Below, one piece after another: positions 11,276-24,809 of a DNA stretch of 64,000 bases (positions are counted from its first letter, which is position 1; every line of letters starts with the position of its first letter). The notes below the pieces were generated by a model. It was not told the origin of the DNA. It worked only from the letters and a program-made list of their open reading frames with translations, and ran no database searches. The translations under genes were made by a program, and so were the position numbers. The stretch is from the NCBI RefSeq assembly GCF_964213995.1, contig NC_135808.1:3534001-3598000 (forward strand), given 5' to 3'. The DNA is from Mustelus asterias (lineage: Eukaryota).

Positions 11276-13751
11276 AGTGGTTATCTGTTCTCCAACAGTG
11301 CACAGACACAGAAATCAAGTTACAGAATACTAATTAGAATGCAAATCTCTACAGCCAGCCAGGTCTTAAAAGGTACAGATAATGTGGTTGGAGGGAACAT
11401 TAAACACAGGTTAAAGAGATGTGTATTGTCTCCAGACAGAACAGCTGGTGAGATTATGCAAGACCAGGGGCAAGCTGTGGGGGTTACTGATAATGTGACA
11501 TAAATCCAACATCCCAGTTTAGGCCATCCTCATGTGTGCGGAACTTAGCTATCAGTTTCTGCTCAGCGACTCTGCGCTGTCGTGTGTCGTGAAGGCCGCC
11601 TTGGAGAACGCTTACCTGAAGATCCAAGGCTGAATGCCCGTGACTGCTGAAGTGCAAGACAGCACCGAACATCACCCAAGCACAACGCAACGCCATCCAC
11701 GCTCTCAAGACCAACCGCAACATTGTCATCAAACCAGCAGACAAAGGAGGGGCCATCGTCATACTGAACAGAACGGATTACTGCAAAGAAGTGTACCGAC
11801 AACTGAACAACGAGGAACACTACAGACAGTTACCCACAGATCCAACCAAAGATCACACCCGTCAACTCAACACTCTGATCAAAACCTTTGATCCGGACCT
11901 TCAGAGCACCCTCCGTGCTCTCATCCCACGTACTCCACGCGTTGGAGATCTCTACTGCCTCCCAAAAATACACAAGGCGAACACACCCGGCCGTCCCATC
12001 GTTTCAGGAAATGGAACCCTGTGCGAGAACCTGTCCAGCTATGTCGAGGGCATCTTGAAACCCATTGTACAAAGAACCCCCAGCTTTTGTCGCGACACTA
12101 CGGACTTCCTACAGAAACTCAACACACATGGAGCAGTTGAACCAGGAGCACTCCTCGTCACAATGGATGTCTCGGCACTCTACACCAGCATCCCCCACGA
12201 TGATGGCATTGCTGCAACGGCCTCAGTACTCAATGCCGTCAACTGCCAGTTTCCAGATGCAATTTTACAACTCATCCGCTTCATCCTGGACCACAATATC
12301 TCCACCTTCAACAACCAGTTCTTCATCCAGACACACGGAACAGCCATGGGGACAAAATTCGCACCTCAATATGCCAACATCTTCATGCACAGGTTCGAAC
12401 AAGACTTCTTCACCGCACAGGACCTTCAACCGATGTTTTATACACTAGATACATTGATGACATTTTCTTCCTTTGGAGTCATGGTGAGCAATCACTGAAA
12501 CAACTATATGATGACATCAACAAGTTCCATCCCACCATCAGACTCACCATGGACTACTCTCCGGAATCGGTTGCATTCTTGGACACACGCATCCCCATTA
12601 AGGACGGTCGCCTCAAGACCTCACTATACCGCAAGCCCACGGATAACCTCTTGATGCTCCACTTCTCCAGCTTCCACCCTAAACACGTAAAAGAAGCCAT
12701 CCCCTACAGACAAGCCCTCCGAATACACAGGAACTGCTCAGATGAGGAGGATCGCAACAGACACCTCCAGACGCTGAAAGATGCCCTCATAAGAACAGGA
12801 TATGGCGCTCGACTCATCGATCAACAGTTCCGACGCGCCACAGCGAAAAACCGCACCGACCTCCTCAGAAGACAAACACGGGACACGGTGGACAGAGTAC
12901 CCTTCATCGTCCAGTACTTCCCTGGAGTGGAGAAGCTATGGCATCTCCTCCGGAGCCTTCAACATGTCATTGATGAAGACGAACATCTCGCCAAGGCCAT
13001 CCCCACACCCCCACTTCTTGCCTTCAAACAACCACACAACCTCAAACAGACCATTGTCCGCAGCAAACTACCCAGCCTTCAGGAGAACAGTGACCATGAC
13101 ACCACACAACCCTGCCACAGCAACCTCTGCAAGACGTGCCGGATCATCGACACGGATGCCATCATCTCACGTGAGAACACCATCTACCAGGTACACGGTA
13201 CATACTCTTGCAACTCGGCCAACGTTGTCTACCTGATACGCTGCAGGAAAGGATGTCCCGAGGCATGGTACATTGGGGAAACCATGCAGACACTACGACA
13301 ACGGATGAATGAACACCGCTCGACAATCACCAGGCAAGACTGTTCTCTTCCTGTGGGGGAGCACTTCAGCAGTCACGGGCATTCAGCCTTGGATCTTCAG
13401 GTAAGCGTTCTCCAAGGCGGCCTTCACAACACACGTCAGCGCAGAGTCGCTGAGCAGAAACTGATAGCCAAGTTCCGCACACATGAGGATGGCCTAAACT
13501 GGGATGTTGGATTTATGTCACATTATCAGTAACCCCCACAGCTCGCCACAGCTTTCCCCCTGATCTTGCATAATATCACTAGCTGTTCTGTCTGGAGACA
13601 ATACACATCTCTTTAACCTGTGTTTAATGTTCCCTCCACCCACATTATCTGTACCTTTTAAGACCTGGCTGGCTGTAGAGATTTGCATTCTAATTAGTAT
13701 TCTGTAACTTGATTTCTGTGTCTGTGTACTGTTGGAGAACAGATAACTACT

Positions 13752-13788
13752 CCATCTGACGAAGGGGCATCGCTCCGAAAGCTTATGG
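13752..13788 (+). ncRNA. Minimal type I hammerhead ribozyme motif (representative; also + 28577-28613, 30753-30787, 34277-34313, 51615-51651, 59279-59315)
   Basis: ccat-CTGACGA-a-[ggggc/gctcc stem II]-GAAA-gc-TT-atgg; stem I ccat/atgg. Confidence 0.75.
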
Positions 13789-13842
13789 TATTTGCTACCA
13801 AATAAACCTGTTGGACTTTAACCTGGTGTTGTGAGACTTCTT

Positions 13843-13938
13843 ATTGTATTGTTAAGCAGTATGCTCCATTCTTATTGCTAATAAAAGCCTTTATTTCCCG
13901 AGTACGATCCAGCCTCCTGAGTGAATTAATCGCGCATC
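13843..13938 (+). mobile_element. 3' half of a 305-bp solo-LTR family member
   Basis: aataaaagcc...aatcgcgcatca, matching the ends of 43575-43879 and 47150-48125. Confidence 0.8.
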
Positions 13939-13939
13939 A

Positions 13940-15097
13940 CACATATGGTTTCCTTTGCCCTCAACCAAGGTTCCCCTCCCTCCCCCTTTCAGTCACTCTG
14001 CAACAGCCTGATCCACTCCTTAATCAACCCCAACATTCCTCCTCCTGACGATATCACCTTTCCCAGCAAGCACAAGAGATGCAACACCTGCCTTTTTACC
14101 TAATCTCTCTTCACTGCTGAAGGCCTCAGACACTCCTTCGAGAGTACAGGAATGAGATAGAGAATCCGGTGAACTGGTGCGGCAACAATAATCTCTCATC
14201 AATGTCAACAAAACGAAGGAGATTGTCATCGACTTCAGGAAGCGTAAAGGAGAACGTGCCCCTGTCTACACATCAACGGGGATGACATGGAAAGGGTTGA
14301 GAGCTTCAAGTTTTTCGGTGTCCAGATCACCAACAACCTGTCCTGGTCCCCCCATGCCGACTGGGGTCTGGAACAAGCTGCCAGAGGTAGTAGTAGAAGC
14401 GGGTACAATTTTCTCTTTTAAAAAATATTTGGACAGTTACATGGGTAAGATGGCTGTAGAGGGAGATGAGCCAAACGCGGGCAATTGGGGCTAGCTTAGT
14501 GTTAACCCCTATGACTTTCTGACTCTAAGTAATAAGAGTAATACTGGAGCCTGCAAAGAAAAGGGAAGAAAATGGGTACAGAGCTTATGGCCTGAGATTG
14601 AGTCCAGAAGACTGTAACGTGCATATTGCCAGACGAAGTTCTGTTCTTCAAGATTACAATCAGCTTCATTGGAGCACGACAGGAGATCGAGGACAGAAGG
14701 GTCAGTGTGGGAACAAGCTGGAGTATTACAATGTCAGGCAACCGGAATGAACTAAACGGAGGTCTTCTGTAAATCAGCTATTCAGTCTGCATTTGAGCTC
14801 TGCAACATAGAGCAGGATGTCTTATAAGCAAGGAATACAGTGCACTAAATTGAAAGAAGTACAAGGAAATCATTGTTCCATCTGATTTGGTTCATTATTG
14901 TCACATGTATTAGTATACAGTGAAAAGTATTGTTCCTTGCGCGCCTTACAGACAAAGCATACCGTTCATAGAAAAGGAAAGGAGAAAGTGCAGAATGTAG
15001 TGTTACAGTCATAGCTAGGGTGTAGAGAAAGGTCAATTTAAAGCAAGGTAGGTCCATTCAAAAGTCTGATGGCAGCAGATAAGAAGCTGTTCTTGAG
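13940..15097. mobile_element. Mosaic of short Penelope, Rex1-like and CR1 fragments
   Basis: Short segments matching families elsewhere in the window, e.g. 14160-14360 Rex1-like, 14362-14525 CR1 tail, 14880-15097 Rex1-like tail. Confidence 0.6.
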
Positions 15098-15348
15098 TCA
15101 GTTATGAGTCTGGGATAGTTTCAATTTACAACGCGGGCACCAAGTCCCATCTCCACACCTTCACTGGGAATAAATTCACTCAGAAACTTTATCCTTTCTT
15201 CTGGACTTCGAATGTAAACCAGTGGCTGAGAATCTGCTCCGATTCTGATCCAGATCCGGATAAGAGGCGGGGTTCTCGCGGTGGTCACATCATCACTGAC
15301 GTCACAATGACTTGACCTGTGATTAGTGTCAGGGGCAGAGGTCAGGGG
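15098..15348 (+). pseudogene. Duplicated 3' fragment of the B30.2 exon plus 3' flank
   Basis: Closely similar to 25178-25421; reads SYESGIVSIYNAGTKSHLHTFTGNKFTQKLYPFFWT...WLRIC. Confidence 0.85.
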
Positions 15349-15436
15349 TTTTTGGTTTGATTTGATTTATTATTGTCACATGTACATACAGTGAAAAGTA
15401 TTGTTTTTTGCGCGCTGTACAGACAAAGCATACCGT

Positions 15437-16912
15437 TATCTGGCGATGATCTTTGCATCGTCGATGGAGACGGGAGAAGTGCCGGAGAATTGGAGGATTG
15501 CGGATGTGGTTCCTATTTTCAAGAAGGGGAATAGGGATAGCCCAGGAAATTACCGACTGGTGAGTCTAACCTCAGTGGTTGGTAAGCTGATGGAGAAGAT
15601 CCTGAGGGACAAGACTTATGAGCATTTAGAGAAGTTTAGTATGCTCAAGAATACTCAGCATGGCTTTGTCAAAGGCAGATCATGCCTTACAAGCCTGGTG
15701 GAGTTCTTCGAAAATGTGACTAAACACATTGACGAAGGGAAAGCGGTAGATGTGGTTTATATGAATTTTAGCAAGGCGTTCGATAAGGTCCCCCATGCAA
15801 GGCTTCTAGAAAAAGTGAGAGGGCATGGGATCCAAGGGGCTGCTGCCCTGTGGATCCAGAACTGGCTTGCCCAAAGGAGGCAGAGAGTGGGTTTCGATGG
15901 GTCTTTTTCTAAATGGAGGTCGGTCACCAGAGGTGTGCCCCAGAGATCTGTTCTGGGACCCTTGCTGTTTGTCATTTTCATAAATGACCTGGATGAGGAA
16001 GTGGAGGGATGGGTTGGTAAGTTTGCCGACAACACGAAGGTTGGTGGGGTTGTGGATAGTCTGGAGGGATGTCAGAAGTTACAGAGGGACATAGATAGGA
16101 TGCAAGACTGGGCGGAGAAGTGGCAGATGGACTTCAACCCAGATAAATGCATAGTGGTCCATTTTGGCAGGTCAAATGGGATGAAGGAGTACAATATTAA
16201 GGGAAAGACTCTTCGTACTGTAGAGGATCAGAAGGACCTTGGGGTCTGGGTCCATAGGACTCTAAAATAAGCCCCGGAGGTGGTTAAGAAGGCGTATGGT
16301 GTGCTGGCCTTTATCAATCGAGGGATTGAGTTTCGGAGTCCGGGGATAATGATGCAGCTATATAAGACCCTTGTCAGACCCCACTTGGAGTACTGTGCTC
16401 AGTTCTGGTCGCCTCATTACAGAAAGGATGTGGAAAAGTTTGAAAGGGTGCAGAGGAGATTTACAAGGATGTTGCCTGGATTGAGTGGCATGCCTTATGA
16501 GGATAGGCTGAGGGAGCTTGGTCTTTTCTCCTTGGAGAGACGTAGGATGAGAGGAGACCTAATAGAGGTATATAAGATGTTGAGAGGCATAGATCGGGTG
16601 GACTCTCAGAGGCTTTTTCCCAGGATGGAAATGACTGCTATGAGAGGACACAGGTTTAAGGTGCTGGGGGGTAGCTACAGGGGAAATGTTGGGGGGAAGT
16701 TTTTCACACAGAGGGTGATGGGCGAGTGGAATCGGCTGCCGTCAGTGGTGGTGGAGGCAAACTCAAAAGGGTCTTTTAAGAGACTCCTGGATGAGTACAT
16801 GGGACTTAATAGGATGGAGTGTTATAGGTAGGACTAGAAGGCAGGGATATGTTCGGCACAACTTGTGGGGCCGAAGGGCCTGTTTTGTGCTGTAGTTTTT
16901 CTATGTTTCTAT
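15437..16912 (+). mobile_element. CR1 LINE, 5'-truncated
   Basis: RT ORFs 15401-16270 and 16280-16831; (ttctatgt) tail. Confidence 0.93.
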
Positions 16913-16946
16913 GAAACGAGCGAGTGCAGAATGGAGTGTTACAGTC

Positions 16947-18175
16947 ATAAGAACTAGGAGCAGGAGGAGGCCATCTGGCCCCTCGAGTCTGCTTCGCCAT
17001 TCAATAAGATCATGGCTGATCTTTTCATGGACTCAGCTCCACTTACCCGCCCACTCACCATAACCTTTAATTCCTTTACTGTTCAAAAATGTATCTATCT
17101 TTGCCTTAACAACATTCAATGAGGTAGCCTCAACTGCTTCACTGGGCAGGGAATTCCAGAGATTCACAACCCTTTGTGTGAAGAAGTTCCTCCTCAACTC
17201 AGTCCTAAATCTACTTCCCCTTATTTTGAGGCTATGCCCCCTAGTTCTAGTTTCACCCGCCAGTGGAAACAACATCCCTGCTTCTATCTTATCTAATCCC
17301 TTCATAATCTTATATGTTTCTAGAAGATCTCCCCTCATTCTTCCTCATAATTTAAATGTGGATTACAGGGTCAAAGGTAGGGTTCTGAAGACTGTGGAGG
17401 AACAGGGAGATCTTGGGGTCCATATCCACAGATCTCTAAAGGTTGCCACTCAAGTGGATAGAGCTGTGAAGAAGGCCTATAGTGTGTTAGCTTTTATTAA
17501 CAGGGGGTTGGAGTTTAAGAGCCGTGGGGTTATGCTGCAACTGTACAGGACCTTGGTGAGACCACATTTGGAATATTGTGTGCAGTTCTGGTCACCTCAC
17601 TATAAGCAGGATGTGGAAGCACTGGAAAGAGTGCAGAGGAGATTTACCAGGATACTGCCTGGTTTGGGGGGTAGGTCTTATGAGGAAAGGTTGAGGGAGC
17701 GAGGGCTGTTCTCTCTGGAGCGGAGGAGGCTGAGGGGAGACAATAGAGGTTTATAAAATGATGAAGGGGATAGATAGAGTGAACGTTCAAAGACTATTTC
17801 CTCGGGTGGATGGAGCTATTACAAGGGGGCATAACTATAGGGTTCGTGGTGGGAGATATAGGAAGGATATCAGAGGTAGGTTCTTTACGCAGAGAGTGAT
17901 TGGGGTGTGGAATGGACTGCCCGCAGTGATAGTGGAGTCAGACACTTTAGGAACATTTAAGCGGTTATTGGATAGGCACATGGAGCACACCAGGATGATA
18001 GGGAGTGGGATAGCTTGATCTTGGTTTCAGATAAAGCTCGGCACAACATCGTGGGCCGAAGGGCCTGTTCTGTGCTGTACTGTTCTATGTTCTATTCTTC
18101 TGAATTCCAATGAATATAGCCCCAGTCTATTCAGTCCCTCCTCATAAGCCAACCTTCTCAACTCTGGAATGAACC
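16947..18175 (-). mobile_element. CR1 3' end (-) containing a nested + strand CR1 (17344-18093, TSD attcttc)
   Basis: ETYKIMKGLDK..RNFFTQRVVNLWN on -; attcttc at 17337-17343 and 18094-18100. Confidence 0.88.
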
Positions 18176-18984
18176 GTAACTAGAGTGTAGAGAAAGATCA
18201 ACTTAATGCAAGGTAAGTCTATTCAAAAGTCTGACAGCAGCAGGGAAGAAGCTGTTCTTGAGTTGGTTGGTACGTGACCTCAGACTTTGTGTCTTTTTCC
18301 CGATGGGAGAAGGTGGAAGAGAGAATGTCCGGGGTGCGTGCGGTCCTTAATTATGCTGTCTGTTTTGCCGAGACAGCGGGAAGCGTAGACAGAGTCAATG
18401 GATGGGAGGCTGGTTTGCATAATGGATTGGGCTACATTCACAACCTTTTGTAGTTCCTTGCGTTCTTGGGCAGAGCAGGAGCCATACCAAGCTGTGATAC
18501 ACCCAGAAAGAATGCTTTCTATGGTGCATCTGTAAAAGCTGTTGAGAGTCGAAGCTGATATGCCAAATTTCCTTAGTCTTCTGGGAAAGTAGAGGCATTG
18601 GTGGGGTTTTGTAACTATAGTGTCGGCATGGGGGGACCGGGACAGGTTATTGGTGATCTGGACCCCTAAAAACTTGAAGCTCTCGACCATTTCTACTTCA
18701 TTGTATGAAGGCATTCAATATTTATGTGTACATTGACATTTGTGAAGCCACTGTATGTATTGAAGTGCATTTTGATTGCACAATGCATCTGGAATGACAG
18801 CATTTTATGCATCCAGGTTTCTGAACATGATGAGCTCAAGAAGTTGTTGCTCTTGGTTTCTGGAGATTAGTTGAGTGTGAGAGAGTGGCAGAAGGTCTTG
18901 TGTTACCAGTTCATGTTAGTTGGGGGTCATTGCCCTTTGTGGTAAAAGGGTGCTTGGAGGAATAGTAAACACACAAAAACACAA

Positions 18985-20990
18985 CACAAGAAATAGAAGC
19001 ATGAGTAGGCCACCATGCCTTCAAGCCTGCCAAGCCATTCAATACAATCATGGCTGATCTATACTAGCTTCAACTCCTTTTCTGTGCCACTTCTCCATAG
19101 TCCTCTGCTCCTCGATCTATCAAATATATATCCACTTCCAATTTAAATACTTCTAATGATCCAGCCTCCACCACTGTTTGGGGCAGAGAATTCCAGAGAT
19201 TTACCCCCCTCTGCGGGAAGAAATTTCTACGCACCTCACTTTTAAATGACCGGTCCTTTATTTTATAGCTATGTCCCCTTGTTCAAGACTCTCCCACTAC
19301 TGAAAACATCTCACCTGTTCAACCCCTTCAGGATCTTACCCCAAGGAATACAAATCCAGACTATTTAGTCTCTTGATAGGACAACCCTGTCACCCCAGGA
19401 ATTAGCTTGGTAAATCTCCTTTGGACTGCCTCCAATGTTACTATATCCTTTTTTAGGTAAGGGAACCAAAACTATACATAGTATTCCAGGTGTGGCCTCA
19501 CCAACACCTTGTACAATTGCAACAAAACCTTCCTATTTTTAAGCTTCAACCATTTTGCAATAAAGGCCAAAATGCCATTGCCTTCTTAACTACTTGTTGA
19601 ACCTCCCTGCTATCTTTTTGTGATTCACGCACTAAAACACCTAGATCCCTCTGTACTTCACTCACCTGCTGTCTCTCTCCATTTAGATAATTACCTTTTG
19701 ATTCCTCCTACCAAAGTGCATGACTTCGCACTTCCCCACATTAAACTCCAGTTGCCAGGTTTTCGCCCAGTCACTCAATCTATATATATATTTATATATA
19801 TATCCTGTTGCAGAATCACAACATCCTCATCACGACATGCCCTTCAACTTATCTTCGTATCATTGGGAAATTTGGAAACCTTACATTCTTTTTCTTCCTC
19901 CAGGTCATTAATGTGAATAGTAATCAACTGCTGGTTAAGAACTAATCCTTGCGGTACTCCACTCGTTACATCTTTCCATTCGGAAAAGGACTCATTGATT
20001 CCAACTCTGCTTTTTATTTGGCAGCCAGTTTTCAATCCATGCTTACACACTTCCTCCAATTCCATGGGCTTTAAATTCATGCACCAGCCTCTTATGTGGC
20101 ACCTTGACAAATGCATTTTGGAAATCTAAAGACATTACATCTACAGGTTTCCCTCCATCTACTTCTCTGTTACATCCTCAAAGAATTCTTGCACATTTGT
20201 CAAACATGATTTACATTTCACAAAACCATGTTGACTAGGTTTGATTATATTAAGCTTTCCTAAATTATTAGCTATTTCCGATTTGATTATTGACTCCAGC
20301 ATCTTCCCAATAAAGATGTTAAATTAACTACCCTACAGTTCCCTGGTTTCTGCCTTTCTCCCTTTTTGAAGAAGGGAGTCATATTTATTGTTTTCCAATC
20401 CTCTGGTATTCTCCCGCAATCCAGAGAGTTACGAAAACTTTCAACTAGTGGGTTCACTGTCTCTGCAGCCACTTCCATTAAAACCGTAGCATGCAGTTCA
20501 TCGGGTCCTGGCGACTTGTCTGCCTTTAACTCGTTGGGTTTTTCTAATACTCTATCCCTTGCAATTAAGATTTTTGTAAGTTCTACAATGTTATTTGAAA
20601 TCAGCTCATCTGATAACTTGAGGATATTTGCAATGTCTCCCACGGTGAAGACTGATGCAAAATATTTATTTAGCATATTCACCATTTCTTTGTTTGCTAT
20701 TATCAATTCACCCATCTTATTCAGTAGAAGCACCATATGTATCTGAGTCACCCGCTTCCTATTTATATATCCATAGAAACTCTTACTGTTTGTTTTTATG
20801 CTGCATGCAAGTTTTCTCTCAAAATTAATTTTGTCCCTTCTCATAAAAACTTTCCAGTCCTCTGGTCTACCACAATCCTTTGCCACTTGTATATCCTGCT
20901 TTTTAATTTTACATCCCTGACCTCCTTTGTTAACCATGGATTTTGCCTTTTTCTTGTGGAATCCCTCGTTTTGGTTGGGATAAACTTCTG
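18985..20990 (-). mobile_element. Older CR1 LINE ORF2 remnant
   Basis: KSPGPDELH..PEDWK; VTSGVPQG fragments with stops. Confidence 0.85.
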
Positions 20991-20991
20991 G

Positions 20992-21428
20992 AATCATAGA
21001 ATTCCTACAGTGCAGAAGGAGGCCATTCGACCCATGGAGTCTGCACCAACTCTCCGAAGAGCTTCTTACCCAGGCTCACTTCCCCACCCTATCCCCGCTA
21101 TCCCGTGCATTTACCATTGCTAATCCACCTAACCTACTTACATTTGGACACTAAGAGGCAATTTGCCACGGTCAGTCGACCTAACCTACACATCTTTGGA
21201 ATGTTACCCCGTGCATTTACCATAGCTAATCCACCTAACCTACTTACATTTGGAAACTAAGGGGCAATTTACCATGGTCAGTCCACCTAACCTACACATC
21301 TTTGGAATGTGGGATGAAACCAGAGCACCCGGAGGAAACTTACGCAGACACGGAGAGACTGTGCAAACTCCACAGAGGCCCAAGCTCGAATCAAACCCGG
21401 GTCCCTGGCACTGTGAGGCAGCAGTGCA
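20992..21428 (-). mobile_element. Older HE1-like V-SINE with an internal duplication of about 105 bp
   Basis: Homologous to 6130-6483; segment about 21101-21205 is repeated at about 21209-21310. Confidence 0.8.
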
Positions 21429-22099
21429 CAATTAAAACCACAGTGGAGTTGAGTGCAAAATAGGATCTGAGGTTCTCATCATCAGAATATTTTTGTGGGA
21501 TCTTTTACATCCACTGGAGAGGACAGATTGGCATTGGTTTAACATCCAATCTGGAATCATTATTCCACCCGATCCCATGAGTTTCCTGTTTGGAAAGTGA
21601 GATTAAAACCCCTCTAGTTATATTTTCAGAATATCAGTGTATGTGGGAAGAAATTATGTGCTAGATTATCATCTCACTACTGGGCTGTGAGCTGACAAAG
21701 TTGACTTAAATCCTGCCGATTTAATTCCAATGATTTCTTATTTCCATCCCACCCTCTGGTTACAGTCTCCTCCAGAGAGCCCCAAGGCTCCATATTTGAC
21801 GCTCTCTAATTCCACATTTACATGGAGCCCATGGGTGTCATCAGCTGAAAGGACAAGGCCAGCTTGTGTGGGTGATGGTCAGACTTGCCTTTTCAGCCTC
21901 TCCAGCATACAGGTGACTTTCTCTAGCTGAATATCAGCAACACTGAGGCCACATTGTTCCCCCCTCCTCCCCCCACCAACTAAGCCCACACACTCAATCC
22001 CAAAACTCTCACTCACACATCCCAAAACTCACACACATCTCCCCTGCTCATGGAGCCATTCTCTCACACACTCACTAACTCCCATAAACACTAAATGAT

Positions 22100-24780
22100 T
22101 CACGCACCCTCCCTCCCTCATCCTCCCCATCTGCATCCCACCACCACCCCCCCCCGCCCTCCTTCTCCCCACCCATCTCCCCTCTTCAAACTGCCTCCCC
22201 TACGCTCCCTGCCTCTCTTCCACTCCCTCCCATCTCTGACTCTTCCTCCCTCACTTTCTCCCTTCCTCCCTCCCCCATCCTTCCTCACTCTGTCCCCTCC
22301 TGTTCTCTCTCCAACCCTTACTCGCTTTCTCTATCTCTCCGCCTCCCTTCCTCTCTCCGCCTCCATCCTCCTCCTTCCCTCTCTCCCATCTCACTCCTGA
22401 TCCTCTCTCTCTCCCCCTCCCTTCCTGCCTCTCCCTCTCCTCTCTCCCCTCCTGCGCTCTGCCTCCCCCTCACATCCCAACTCCCTCTTGCTCAGTCCTC
22501 TGTCCCCTCTCCCTCCCTCATCTTCTCTCACCCCTCCACCCTCGCCCCCTCTTTCACCCTCCCTTCTCTCTCCCACCCTCTCGCGCCCCTCTCTATCTGC
22601 ATCCCTCACCCTCACTTGCTCCCCCTCTCTCCCTCACTTCCCTCCTCTCCTCCTCCTCTTTCTCCCATCGCCTCGCCCCTCACTTCCGCTTTCATCCGCT
22701 CCCCTCCTTCCTACCTCTTCCCCCTGCTCCAACCCGTGACCTACCTCCCTGCCTCCCTTCTCTCAACCTCTCCCTCTGTCCTTCTCTCCGTCCCCCTCCA
22801 TCCTTCCTTTCCTTCTGTCTTGCTACCTCTTCCCGCCTGCACTCTCCCCCTCCCTCACCCTCGCTCGCCCATTATCCCTAACCCTCCCTCCCCCCCACCT
22901 CTGCCTCCCTAACCACTCCCTCTCTTCTCCCTCCCGTCTCTCCCCTTCCCTCTCTCTTGCTCCCACACCCTCCCTCCTCTCCTCCACTCCCTATCTCCCT
23001 CTCTCTCCCGTTCCATCCCCTACACTCCGTTGCTCCATAACTTTCTCCTCCCTCCCTCTCCCCCTCTTTCCTCCCCCTCCCTCTCTACCACCATCCTCCC
23101 TCTTTCCCTCGCTCCCTCTCTCTACCCCCTCCCTCTCTCTCTCTCCCTCCCTGCTCCCTCCTACTCCCCTCCTCACCTCCACTCCACTCCCCTCCTTTCT
23201 TCTCCTCCCTCCCTCTCTCATCCTCTCTCTCTCCCCGTCCATCTCTCACTCCATCCCTCCCACCTTCTCCCTCATTCTCCCCTCCCTCTCTGCCCCCCCT
23301 CTCCCTGCCTCCCTTACCATCCGTCACCCTCACTCCCTCTCGGCATCTTCCTCCCCCTCTCTACCTCCGCCTCCTTCATTCCCTCCCTCTCTCTCACTCA
23401 CTCCCTCTCTCTCACTCACTTCCCACTTTCTCCCACCCTCTCTCTTGCTGCCCTCTCTCTCATTCCCTCCCTCACCCTCACTCATTCCCTCTCCCTCCCT
23501 CCCTCCCCTGCTTCTGTCTCTCTATCCTCCCCTTCCTTCTCTCCCCCCCCCTCTCCCCCTCCCTCCTTCTATTACCCCTGCTCCAACCTTCCTTCTCTTT
23601 CCCCGTCTCTGCTCCCTCTCTTTCCCACCCTCTATCCCTCCTTCCCATAATCCCTTATCCTCTCTCCCCCTCCCACCCTCTATCTCCTCTTCCGTCTCTC
23701 ACTCCCTCCACTCTCTCCCTTTCTTCCTCCCCTTCTTCCCTCTCTCCCTCACCCTCTCCTATCTCCCTCACTCGCCATCTCCCATCATCCTTCACCCTCC
23801 TAGGCCCCTCTCCCTTCCTCCCCTCTTGCCCCACCTTCTCTGTCCCCACTCTATCCCACCCTCTCTCTTGCCCTCTCTATCTGACTCCTGCCCTCTCTCT
23901 CACTCACTCTCTTCCCCTCACTCTCCATCTCCATGACATCTCCTTCAATCCCCCTCCCTCCTTTCTCCACCCTCCCCTGCTCCAACCTACCCCTCACTCC
24001 CTCCTCCATCCTGCTCACAACCTCCCTCCCTCTTGCCTCCATCCCTCACTCCGTCCCTCCATACAGCTGTTGCCCTCCTCCCTCTCTGCCTTCCCCCCCC
24101 TCCCCCCGTCTGCCTCTCCCCCTCCCTCCCTCCCCATCTCCCTTTCCCATCCCTTCCCCCTCCCTCCCCTCCCTCCTATCTCTCCCTCTGCCCCCTTCTC
24201 CTCCCCTCTCTCGCTCCCCCTCCCTCCCCCACTTCCCCGCCCCCACTGATCTTCTTCCCACGTCTCCTGCTCTCTCTCCCCAACTCCCTCTCCCTCCTCC
24301 GTCTACCTACCCCTCATCTCCCTCCCCCCATCTCCCCCTCCCTTCCGCCATTCACCCCTCCCTTCCATCTTTCCCCTCCCTCCCCCTTTCCCCCCCCCCG
24401 TCCCTTCCGCCATTCACCCCTCCCTTCTATCTTTCCCCTCCCTCCCCCTTTCCCCCCCCCTCCTCCCTCTCTCCACCCTCCCTTCCCTCTCCTTCCCCCT
24501 CCTTCTCTTCCCTCCCTCCCGGGCCTCTTTCCACCCCCGGCCCGCTCCACTCCCCTCCCCTCCCCCATCCCCTCTTCTCCACCCACCCACTAGCCCTCTC
24601 CTCTTCTCCCCTCCCCCACCCCGGCCCGACCCTCTTTTCTCTCCCCCTCCCCCCACTTCCCAGCCCTCTTTCCCCCCTCCGTCCTCTCTTTCCCTCCCTC
24701 CTCCCGGCCCTCTCATTCCCTCTCCTCCCGGCCCTGTCCTCTTCCGCCCTCCCACCCCTTCACTGCCTCCCAGTGAATCT
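22100..24780. repeat. About 2.7 kb low-complexity C/T-rich polypyrimidine tract
   Basis: Almost purine-free + strand; the P/S/L-rich ORFs here are artefacts. Confidence 0.95.
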
Positions 24781-24809
24781 CTTTAATTCTCTGCTTCTAA
24801 TTCTCCCAG

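Larger units (their letters stand above)
11188..13843 (+). mobile_element. Penelope-like element (RT and GIY-YIG) with an inverted copy of its 3' end at 11188-11656
   Basis: RT (LPKIHK..GRPIVS, MDVSALYTSIP, GTAMG) and GIY-YIG (NVVYLIRC..WYIGET); left arm is the reverse complement of about 13365-13843. Confidence 0.93.
15349..18700 (-). mobile_element. Rex1/Babar-like LINE 3' part, split by nested CR1 insertions
   Basis: Pieces 15349-15436, 16913-16948 and 18176-18700 concatenate to match 25421-26080. Confidence 0.8.

Noticed and set aside
11188-13843. Penelope inverted termini as DNA-transposon TIRs
   Set aside because: The arms are variable-length copies of the retroelement 3' end including coding sequence; no transposase is present
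21770-21930. Possible small exon upstream of the B30.2 exon
   Set aside because: An acceptor-like ttacag is present but I found no recognisable coiled-coil/TRIM/BTN peptide or convincing donor
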